A DNA stretch of 64,000 bases from Sphingomonas sp. (GTDB lineage: Bacteria; Pseudomonadota; Alphaproteobacteria; Sphingomonadales; Sphingomonadaceae): NCBI RefSeq assembly GCF_026460985.1, contig NZ_JAPKNM010000096.1, positions 243 to 64,242 on the forward strand, written 5' to 3'. Under the pieces are notes generated by a model, which saw only the letters and a program-made list of their open reading frames with translations, made no database searches and was not told where the DNA came from. The position numbers and the translations under genes are program-made. Positions 57,008 through 64,000 of the stretch are shown in pieces; positions within the stretch are counted from its first letter, which is position 1; the number at the start of each line of letters is the position of its first letter.

Positions 57008-58732
57008 ATGACTCTCTACGTCCGTTTTGCCGCGCACCTTGATGCTGCCCTCGACGCGCTTGTCGCCGCCGGCGACCTGCCTGCCGGGCTGGAGCGACGC
57101 GCGGTGACGGTCGAACCGCCGCGCGATACGAGCCATGGCGATCTCGCGACCAATGCGGCGATGGTGCTCGCCAAGCCGGCGGGGACCAATCCGCGTGCGC
57201 TGGCCGAGAAGATCGCGGCGGAGCTGGAGAAGCTCGACGCGGTCGCCGCGGTGTCGGTCGCGGGGCCGGGCTTCATCAACCTGACGCTCACCGACGACAC
57301 CTGGCGCGGCGAGCTCGACGAGATCCTGAAGAGCGAAGGCGATTACGGCCGCTCGACGATCGGCGCGGGGACGACGGTCAATGTCGAGTACGTCTCGGCC
57401 AACCCCACGGGCCCGATGCATATGGGGCATTGCCGCGGCGCGGTGGTGGGCGACGCGCTGGCGAGCCTGCTCGAATATGTCGGGCACAAGGTGGTCCGCG
57501 AATATTATGTCAACGATGCGGGCGGGCAGGTCGATGTGCTCGCGCGCTCGGCGCACCTGCGCTACCGCGAGGCGCTGGGCGAGACGATCGAGATTCCCGA
57601 GGGCCTCTATCCGGGCGAATATCTGAAGCCGGTGGGCGAGAAGCTCGCCGCCGAGCACAAGGACGCGTTCGTCGGCAAGCCCGAGGCGGAATGGCTCGCG
57701 CTGTTCCGCAAGGAAGCGGTCGCCTCGATGCTGGTGATGATCAAGGCCGATCTCGCCCTGCTCGGCATCCATCATGACCTGTTCTCGTCCGAGGCCGAAC
57801 TGCAGGCGGCGGGCAAGCCCGAGGCCGCCGAGGCGTGGCTGCGCGAGCGCGACCTCGTTTATGACGGCGTGCTCGAGGCGCCCAAGGGCGAGACCCCCGA
57901 GGATTGGGAGCCGGTCGAGCTGCCCTTGTTCCGCTCGACGCAGTTCGGCGACGATCAGGACCGGCCGATCAAGAAGTCGAACGGCAGCTGGACCTATTTC
58001 GGCGCCGACCTCGCTTATCATTTCCAGAAGGCGCAGGCGGCCGACCAGCTCATCGACATCTGGGGCGCCGACCATGCCGGCACGGTCAAGCGGATCGTCG
58101 CGGCGGTGCAGGCGCTGACCGGGGGCAAGACGCGGTTCGACGTCAAACTGGTGCAGATGGTGCGGCTGCTGCGCGCGGGCGAGCCGGTGAAGATGTCCAA
58201 GCGTTCCGGCAACTTCGTGACGCTTGCTGACGTTGTGAATGAAGTCGGCAAGGACGTGGTCCGCTTCACCATGCTGACCCGCAAGGCCGATGCGCAGATG
58301 GACTTCGACTTCGCCAAGGTGGTCGAGGCATCGAAGGACAATCCGGTCTTCTATGTGAACTATGCCCATGCCCGGATCGCCTCGCTCCACCGCCGCGCGG
58401 CCGAGGCGGGAATCGAGTGCCCGAGCGCCGATCTGTCCCTGCTTGATACGGATGAGCTGGCGCTGGTGAAGCTCGCCGCGCAGTTCCCGCGCGTCGTCGA
58501 GGGCGCGGCGCTGGCGCGGGAGCCGCACAGAATTGCGTTCTATCTCTATGACTTGTCGGCGGCTCTCCATGCACTGTGGAATGTCGGCAACGACCGCCCC
58601 GAGCGCCGCTTCCTGCAGCCCGATCAGCCCGGGCTGACCTGCGCGCGGCTTTTCTTGGCGCGCGGCGTGGGACAGATTATCCGTAACGGATTGGGCCTCA
58701 TGGGTGTCGAGGCGGTCCAGGAGATGCATTGA
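57008..58732 (+). CDS. argS: arginine--tRNA ligase
   Basis: SANPTGPMHMGH (HIGH-type) and KMSKRSG (KMSKS) motifs. DALR anticodon-binding C-terminus. Confidence 0.95.
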   Translation: MTLYVRFAAHLDAALDALVAAGDLPAGLERRAVTVEPPRDTSHGDLATNAAMVLAKPAGTNPRALAEKIAAELEKLDAVAAVSVAGPGFINLTLTDDTWRGELDEILKSEGDYGRSTIGAGTTVNVEYVSANPTGPMHMGHCRGAVVGDALASLLEYVGHKVVREYYVNDAGGQVDVLARSAHLRYREALGETIEIPEGLYPGEYLKPVGEKLAAEHKDAFVGKPEAEWLALFRKEAVASMLVMIKADLALLGIHHDLFSSEAELQAAGKPEAAEAWLRERDLVYDGVLEAPKGETPEDWEPVELPLFRSTQFGDDQDRPIKKSNGSWTYFGADLAYHFQKAQAADQLIDIWGADHAGTVKRIVAAVQALTGGKTRFDVKLVQMVRLLRAGEPVKMSKRSGNFVTLADVVNEVGKDVVRFTMLTRKADAQMDFDFAKVVEASKDNPVFYVNYAHARIASLHRRAAEAGIECPSADLSLLDTDELALVKLAAQFPRVVEGAALAREPHRIAFYLYDLSAALHALWNVGNDRPERRFLQPDQPGLTCARLFLARGVGQIIRNGLGLMGVEAVQEMH

Positions 58733-59457
58733 TGAGCCTGCGCACGGGCCAGGACTATGACGAGCAGGATCGCCTGCCCTGGCTGGAGACGGCCGAGGAG
58801 GACTATCCGCGGGACCATTCGGTCGCGCGCTTCATGCTCCTCGCGGTGCTGGCGCTCGCGGTCGTGGGTTTCGTGGCGGTCGGCTATCTCTGGTACCAGC
58901 GCTCGCAGACGGTGAGCGGCGGCAATGGCGAGCTGATCAAGGCCCCGGCGGGCGATTACAAGGTCAAGCCCGACGAGCCCGGCGGGATGAAGGCGGAAGG
59001 CGAGGGCGACACCGTCTTCGCGACCAGCCAGGGTGCGGCGAGCAATTCGAGCATCAATGTCGGCGCGCTGCCCGAGGCCCCGGTGGAAGGCACGCGCGCG
59101 GCGGTTCCGGGCAGCAACGTGCCGGGGACCAAGAACGTCAAGCTCGCGATTCCCGGGCCCACGATCGTGGGGCCGAACGCGTCGGCAGCGGGAACGCGGC
59201 CCGCGGCGGCGCGACCGGGCTCGGGTTCGCTGATCCAGCTCGGAGCCTTCCCGAACGAAGCGGGCGCCAATGTCGCCTGGGCGCGGCTGTCGAAGCGGTT
59301 CGCCTATCTCGCGCCGCTCGGCAAATCGGTCGAGCGCGGCGAGGCAAACGGCAACGCGGTCTGGCGGCTGCGGGTCAACGCGGGCAGCAATCCGCAGGCG
59401 CGCGAGCTTTGCGGGCGGCTGAAGGTCGCAGGCGAGAACTGCTTCATCGCGAACTAA
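58732..59457 (+). CDS. SPOR-domain protein
   Basis: One TM helix (FMLLAVLALAVVGFVAVGYLW). C-terminal SPOR domain (LIQLGAFPNEAGANVAW...WRLRV...CGRLKVAGENCFI). ATG 58732 (TTG 58729 also in frame). Confidence 0.8.
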   Translation: MSLRTGQDYDEQDRLPWLETAEEDYPRDHSVARFMLLAVLALAVVGFVAVGYLWYQRSQTVSGGNGELIKAPAGDYKVKPDEPGGMKAEGEGDTVFATSQGAASNSSINVGALPEAPVEGTRAAVPGSNVPGTKNVKLAIPGPTIVGPNASAAGTRPAAARPGSGSLIQLGAFPNEAGANVAWARLSKRFAYLAPLGKSVERGEANGNAVWRLRVNAGSNPQARELCGRLKVAGENCFIAN

Positions 59458-59587
59458 ATCCTCTCCCGGAGGGAGAGGGGGACCAGCGAAGCTGGTGGAG
59501 AGGTAGTCTCCTCGAGCGAGATGCGTTGATGCGTGGCGAATACCCCTCCACCGCTTCGCGGTCCCCCTCCCCCTCCGGGGGAGGATT
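59457..59587. repeat. family-B-related palindromic element (divergent copy)
   Basis: Ends AATCCTCTCCCGGAGGGAGAGGGGGACCAGCGAAGCTGGTGGAG and CTCCACCGCTTCGCGGTCCCCCTCCCCCTCCGGGGGAGGATT. Starts at the last base of the SPOR gene stop. Confidence 0.75.
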
Positions 59588-59602
59588 GCGTAAAGGGCAA
59601 GC

Positions 59603-60610
59603 ATGAAACCCGTCATCTTCGGCGTCTCCGGCCATGCACTGACCGCGGACGAGCGTGCTTTTTTCCGGGATGCCGACCCGCTCGGCTATATCCTGTTCAA
59701 GCGCAATTGCGGCGACGTCGCGCAGATGAAGGCGCTGACCGACAGCCTGCGCGACCTCTCCGGGCGCGAGGACCTGCCGATTTTGATCGATCAGGAGGGC
59801 GGCCGGGTGTCGCGGATGGTGCCGCCCGAATGGCCGGCTTTCCCCGCCGGTGCGGCGTTCGACGCGCTCTACGAACTCGCGCCGATCTCGGCGATCGAGG
59901 CGGCGCGGGCCAATGCGCAGGCGCTGGCGATGATGCTGGTCGAGGTCGGCGTGAATGTGAACTGCGCGCCCTTGCTCGACGTGCGCCAGGCCGACGTGAC
60001 GCCGGCGATCGGCGACCGCGCGTTCGGCGGCGATCCGATGCGGGTGGCGGCCTTGGGGCAGGCGATGCTCGAAGGCATGCGGCGCGGCGGGGTGGTGGGC
60101 GTGGTCAAGCACATGCCCGGGCATGGCCGCGCTTTGGTCGACAGCCATTACGACCTGCCGCACGTCAAGGCGGACGCGGCAGCGCTGGAACTGGATCTGG
60201 AGCCCTTCACGCGCCTCGCCGACGCGCCGATGGGGATGACGTGCCACGTCGTGTTCGAGGCATGGGATGCGGAGCGGCCGGCGACGCTCTCGCCCAGGGT
60301 GATCGATGAGATCATCCGCGGGCGTATCGGGTTCGACGGGCTGCTGATGACCGACGATATCGACATGAAGGCGCTGTCGGGCACCGCGGGCGAGAAGGCG
60401 GCGCAGGCGCTCGCCGCGGGGTGCGACGTGGTGCTCGATTGCTGGGCACGGATGGACGAGATGGTCGAGATTGCCGGGCGGATCGGGGAGGCGACGCCGG
60501 AGTGCGTCGCGCGGCTGGCGCGCGCGATGGCGACGGTTGCGGATGAGGTGGAGGCGGCGGACTTCGGGGCGCTGATCGCCAAGCGGGACGAACTGCTGGC
60601 GTTGGTTTGA
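59603..60610 (+). CDS. nagZ: beta-N-acetylhexosaminidase
   Basis: ILIDQEGGRVSR...KHMPGHGRA..DSH...LLMTDDIDM. Confidence 0.9.
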   Translation: MKPVIFGVSGHALTADERAFFRDADPLGYILFKRNCGDVAQMKALTDSLRDLSGREDLPILIDQEGGRVSRMVPPEWPAFPAGAAFDALYELAPISAIEAARANAQALAMMLVEVGVNVNCAPLLDVRQADVTPAIGDRAFGGDPMRVAALGQAMLEGMRRGGVVGVVKHMPGHGRALVDSHYDLPHVKADAAALELDLEPFTRLADAPMGMTCHVVFEAWDAERPATLSPRVIDEIIRGRIGFDGLLMTDDIDMKALSGTAGEKAAQALAAGCDVVLDCWARMDEMVEIAGRIGEATPECVARLARAMATVADEVEAADFGALIAKRDELLALV

Positions 60611-60739
60611 AATCCTCCCCCGCCAGGGGGAGGTGGCGCGCTTTGCGCGACGGAGGGGGAGGAAGCACGCCGGCAAGTGAGTCGCCATCCTCCCCCTCCG
60701 TCAGCCTTCGGCTGCCACCTCCCCCTTGCGGGGGAGGAT
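60611..60739. repeat. family-B palindromic element
   Basis: Same termini and internal GACGGAGGGGG/CCCCCTCCGTC pair as 43091..43215. Starts directly after the nagZ stop. Confidence 0.85.
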
Positions 60740-60762
60740 AATAGGCTGCTTAACTCGCCGCA

Positions 60763-61500
60763 ATGAGCGACGCCGATCCCTCCGACACACTCAAGATCGA
60801 CATCGAGGGCTGGGAGGGCCCGCTCGACCTGCTGCTCGCGCTTGCGCGCAACCAGAAGGTCGATCTGCGGCAGATCTCGATCCTCCAGCTGGTCGAGCAA
60901 TATCTGGCGTTCGTGAACCAGGCGCGCGAGCTACGGCTCGAGTTGGCCGCCGATTATCTCGTGATGGCGGCGTGGCTCGCCTATCTCAAGTCGGCGCTGC
61001 TGCTGCCGCGCAATCCCGAGGAGTCGCCCAGCCCCGAGGAGCTGGCGCTGCGGCTCCAGCTGCGGCTCGAGCGGCTGAACGCGATGCGCGAGGCGGGCGC
61101 GCGGCTGGTGGCGCGCGATCGGCTGGGGCGCGACGTCTTCCTGCGCGGGTGCCCGGAGGGACTGCGCGTCGTCCGCAAGGGACGCTACGAGGCCGAGATC
61201 TACGACCTGATCGCCGCCTATGGCCGGATCAGTGCGCGGACGCGGCCGGTGATGCACGTCGTGGCGCAGCGCGACGTGATGACGCTCGAGGAAGCGATCG
61301 ACCGCGTGTCGGCCCTGATCGGCGCGCGGATCGAGTGGAGCACGATCGAGAGCTTCCTGCCCGAAGGCGCGAGCGGCACCTATCGCAAGTCGGCGCTGGC
61401 CTCGTCCTTCGTCGCCGCGCTCGAGCTGGCGCGGCAGGGGCGGCTCGAGCTGCGGCAGAAATCGGCGTTCGCGCCGCTCTATCTGAAGGCAAGCGCATGA
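60763..61500 (+). CDS. scpA: segregation and condensation protein A
   Basis: GWEGPLDLLLALARNQKVDLRQISILQLVEQYL. Confidence 0.85.
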   Translation: MSDADPSDTLKIDIEGWEGPLDLLLALARNQKVDLRQISILQLVEQYLAFVNQARELRLELAADYLVMAAWLAYLKSALLLPRNPEESPSPEELALRLQLRLERLNAMREAGARLVARDRLGRDVFLRGCPEGLRVVRKGRYEAEIYDLIAAYGRISARTRPVMHVVAQRDVMTLEEAIDRVSALIGARIEWSTIESFLPEGASGTYRKSALASSFVAALELARQGRLELRQKSAFAPLYLKASA

Positions 61501-62075
61501 TCCGCCAAGACGATCTCGGCCGCGCCGTGGAGGCGGTGCTGTTCGCGTCGGAGCATCCGATGACAGTCGACGAGATCAAGGCGCATGTCGGCGCCGAGGC
61601 CGATGTGCGCGGGGCGCTGGCGGGGCTCGAGGCGCTCTATGCCGGGCGCGGGATCGAACTGGTCCGGCGCGGCGAGCGCTGGCATTTCCAGACCGCCGCC
61701 GATCTCGCGCATCTGCTGCGGCGCGACCGTGAGGAAAGCAGGAAGCTCAGCCGCGCGGGGATCGAGACGCTGGCGATCATCGCCTATCACGAGCCGGTGA
61801 CGCGCGCCGAGATCGAGGCGATCCGCGGCGTGCAGATCTCCAAGGGGACGATCGACGTGCTGATGGAGGCGGGCTGGGTGCGCCCCGCCGGGCGCCGCGA
61901 AGTGCCCGGGCGGCCGCTCACTTATGCGACCACTGCCGGGTTCCTCAGCCAGTTCGGACTCGCCAGCCGGCGCGACCTGCCGGGGATCGACGATCTCAAG
62001 GCGGCGGGGCTGCTCGACCCGGTCGACCTCGCTTTCGAGGCCGAGACGAGCGAAACTGTCATTGAAGACGAATAG
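61497..62075 (+). CDS. scpB: segregation and condensation protein B
   Basis: AVLFASEHPMTVDEI...ETLAIIAYHEPVTRAEIEAIRGV...GRPLTYATT. ATG overlaps the scpA stop. Confidence 0.85.
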   Translation: MIRQDDLGRAVEAVLFASEHPMTVDEIKAHVGAEADVRGALAGLEALYAGRGIELVRRGERWHFQTAADLAHLLRRDREESRKLSRAGIETLAIIAYHEPVTRAEIEAIRGVQISKGTIDVLMEAGWVRPAGRREVPGRPLTYATTAGFLSQFGLASRRDLPGIDDLKAAGLLDPVDLAFEAETSETVIEDE

Positions 62076-62167
62076 GGCTCGCCAACCGATTCTTCGGCGG
62101 CTTTCCCAGAGCCGTTGCCCCGGGCGCGCACCGCGCCTAGATAGACCCCGATACGAGGAGATTTCCC

Positions 62168-62413
62168 ATGGGTAGCATGAGCCTGATGCACTGGCTGATC
62201 GTCGGTGTGCTGGTGATTCTTTTGTTCGGCGGCAGCCGTTTCTCCAACATGATGGGCGACGTCGCGAAGGGCATCAAGCAGTTCAAGAAGGGCATGGCCG
62301 AAGACGAGGAGGCGGAGACGCCTGCCAAGCCGACACGGATCGAAGGCAAGCCTTCGCCCACGCCCGAGGCGAGCTTCCAGGCCGAAGCCGAGCGCACCCG
62401 CGAAGAGCGCTGA
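62168..62413 (+). CDS. tatA: twin-arginine translocase subunit TatA/E
   Basis: HWLIVGVLVILLFGGSRFSNMMGDVAKGIKQFKKG. GAGGAG lies 7 nt upstream. Confidence 0.9.
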   Translation: MGSMSLMHWLIVGVLVILLFGGSRFSNMMGDVAKGIKQFKKGMAEDEEAETPAKPTRIEGKPSPTPEASFQAEAERTREER

Positions 62414-62475
62414 GCTCCGATCCCTTCCACCGTTGATCCGCGCGGCCTTTTGACGCGCGCCCGAGGCAGTGCCGA

Positions 62476-62892
62476 ATGTTAGACGTAGCGCCGACCGAGT
62501 TGCTGCTTGTGGCCGTGGTGGCGCTGCTGGTGATCGGACCCAAGGACCTGCCCAAGGCGATGCGTTTCGTCGGCAAATGGGTGGGCAAGGCGCGCGGCGT
62601 CGCGCGCCAGTTCCGCTCGGGCTTCGACACGATGATCCGCGAGTCCGAGCTTGCCGAGATGGAGAAGCAATGGGCGGCGGAGAATGAGCGCATCATGCGC
62701 GAGCATCCGCCCACGCCGTCGCTTCCCGCGCCCCAGCCCGAACATTTCGCCGAGCCGGCTGTGGATTCCGATCCGGTCATGGTCGAGCAGCCCATGCTGC
62801 TGCCGGAGGACGGAGGCGAGGCTGCGCCCAAGCCCAAGCCGAAGCGCGTCCGCAAGCCCAGGGCCGCTACTCCCGACGAGCCCCAATCGTGA
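62476..62892 (+). CDS. tatB: twin-arginine translocase subunit TatB
   Basis: MLDVAPTELLLVAVVALLVIGPKDLPKAMRFVGKWVGKAR. Confidence 0.85.
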   Translation: MLDVAPTELLLVAVVALLVIGPKDLPKAMRFVGKWVGKARGVARQFRSGFDTMIRESELAEMEKQWAAENERIMREHPPTPSLPAPQPEHFAEPAVDSDPVMVEQPMLLPEDGGEAAPKPKPKRVRKPRAATPDEPQS

Positions 62893-63656
62893 ACGAGATC
62901 GACGACACCCAGGCGCCGCTGCTCGACCATCTGATCGAGCTCAGGCGCCGCCTCCTCTGGTCGCTGGCGGCGCTGGTGGTGGCCTTCGCCGGCTGCCTCT
63001 ATTTCGCGCGCCCGATCCTGGGGTTCCTCGTCGCGCCGCTCAAGGCGGCAGGGCAGGTGACGATCATCAACACCGCAGTGACCGGCGGGTTCATCGTCGA
63101 GCTCAAGGTCGCGTTCTTCGCGGCGCTGATGATCGCGTTCCCGGTGATCGCGAACCAATTGTGGCAGTTCGTCGCGCCCGGACTCTACCGCAAGGAAAAG
63201 CGGGCGTTGCTGCCGTTCCTGCTCGCCACTCCGGTGTTGTTCATCGCCGGGGCGTGCATGGCGTATTTCATCGCCATCCCGGTGGCGCTCAAGTTCCTGC
63301 TCGGCTTCCAGGGCGAGCTGGCCGGCGGCGTGCAGCAACAGGCGCTGCCGGAAGTGAACGAGTATCTGAAGTTCGTGATGCAGTTCATCTTCGGCTTCGG
63401 GCTGTCGTTCCTGCTGCCGGTGCTGCTGATGCTGCTCGAGCATGCGGGGATCGTCACCTACGAGCAATTGAAGGGCGCATGGCGCTATGCGGTGGTCGGG
63501 GCGTTCGCCTTGTCGGCCGTGCTGACCCCGCCCGACGTGGGATCGCAGTTGCTGCTCGCGGTGCCGCTGGTCGGGCTCTATTTCCTCGCGCTGATCGCGA
63601 TCTGGTTCACGCGGCGGCGGCGCGAGCGCGCAGTCGAGAGCGAGCCGGCTTCCTGA
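62889..63656 (+). CDS. tatC: twin-arginine translocase subunit TatC
   Basis: PLLDHLIELRRRL...six-TM profile...SAVLTPPDVGSQ. GTG overlaps the tatB stop. Confidence 0.9.
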   Translation: MNEIDDTQAPLLDHLIELRRRLLWSLAALVVAFAGCLYFARPILGFLVAPLKAAGQVTIINTAVTGGFIVELKVAFFAALMIAFPVIANQLWQFVAPGLYRKEKRALLPFLLATPVLFIAGACMAYFIAIPVALKFLLGFQGELAGGVQQQALPEVNEYLKFVMQFIFGFGLSFLLPVLLMLLEHAGIVTYEQLKGAWRYAVVGAFALSAVLTPPDVGSQLLLAVPLVGLYFLALIAIWFTRRRRERAVESEPAS

Positions 63657-63660
63657 TACG

Positions 63661-63688
63661 AAAAACCCCTCCCGAGCGGGAGGGGTTT
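63661..63688. terminator. bidirectional intrinsic terminator
   Basis: AAAAA-CCCCTCCC-gagc-GGGAGGGG-TTT lies between the tatC stop (63656) and the minus-strand small gene stop (63710). Confidence 0.75.
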
Positions 63689-63709
63689 CCTGAAAACCGG
63701 CGGGACGAC

Positions 63710-63844
63710 TTATTTGTTGTCGTCGGCGGCGTCGGCGACCGTGTCGCCGGCGGATGCCACGTCGCGGCCGACACCTTCGATGGTGTTGCAGGCCGAGACC
63801 AGGATCGCGCCGGCAAGCGCGGCACAGGTGAAAATCTTACGCAT
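63710..63844 (-). CDS. entericidin A/B-family small lipoprotein
   Basis: MRKIFTCAALAGAILVSACNTIEGVGRDVASAGDTVADAADDNK (44 aa). Lipobox VSAC followed by the NT.EG.G.D motif. GGAGAG RBS. Absent from the ORF track because it is under 60 aa. Confidence 0.75.
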   Translation of the reverse strand: MRKIFTCAALAGAILVSACNTIEGVGRDVASAGDTVADAADDNK

Positions 63845-64000
63845 CGAAACTCTCCAACTTGCGCATTGGGTGCAGGGAAGAAATGCCCGAGCATCGGAAA
63901 TCGTTCCGCTTCAGGCACGAAGTGACGGCCGAGCGGTGCGCAAATTCCGATGTTCCCAGAAAATGTTAGGCCCGGAAGCGTCACCGGGGGGGGGGAGGGT

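Noticed and set aside
63986-64000. G10 homopolymer followed by AGGGT at the right window edge
   Set aside because: It could be the start of another G-rich palindromic element or a slippage-prone tract. It is truncated by the window end, so neither reading can be evaluated.

Overview
This is a GC-rich (by eye about two-thirds G+C) alphaproteobacterial chromosome segment. Gene content, synteny and the dispersed repeat families suggest a sphingomonad. That is an inference: no search was run, and all family names come from motifs I recognise in the translations.

Layout:
- 0-11 kb: a regulatory and uptake neighbourhood with a LuxR regulator, a LytS-type kinase, two LytTR regulators, two tandem Cys-rich secreted paralogues, a stand-alone wHTH protein and a TonB-dependent receptor.
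- 10.9-11.8 kb: an AT-rich islet plus tRNA-Trp.
- 11.8-28.5 kb: mixed housekeeping and accessory genes. These include GGDEF-EAL, an acyl-AMP ligase, recX, a 2xCSD protein, DUF192, an NDUFA12-like protein, DUF2155, aat, a ParA-like ATPase, a Y-family polymerase preceded by an SOS box, and cysK. A seven-gene same-strand string also sits here: vapB, vapC, DNA glycosylase, DUF350, DUF1190, GspS-like, K+ channel.
- 28.9-47.9 kb: a complete dcw cluster, mraZ-rsmH-ftsL-ftsI-murE-murF-mraY-murD-ftsW-murG-murC-(sORF)-murB-ddl-ftsQ-ftsA-ftsZ.
- 48-64 kb: a TPR/SPOR protein, a serine hydrolase, a dGTPase-like protein, DUF1800/DUF1501, an orphan DnaB-C-like ATPase, argS-SPOR-nagZ-scpA-scpB-tatABC, and an entericidin-like small gene.

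I saw no rRNA, CRISPR array, transposase or integrase.

The most unusual signal is that palindromic MITE/REP-like elements (families A, B and nested C) colonise the essential dcw operon:
- One 102-nt copy sits in frame inside murD.
- Three copies fill exactly the junctions where start/stop overlap is otherwise universal, and they supply the only Shine-Dalgarno sequences for murF, murB and ddl.
- A 39-codon Trp-rich ORF, absent from the ORF track, is translationally coupled to murC.

Secondary candidates:
- a second LexA-box-like site and four 33-bp phased repeats upstream of a low-GC orphan RecA-fold ATPase;
- a vapBC module start/stop-coupled to a DNA glycosylase;
- a candidate MraZ operator.
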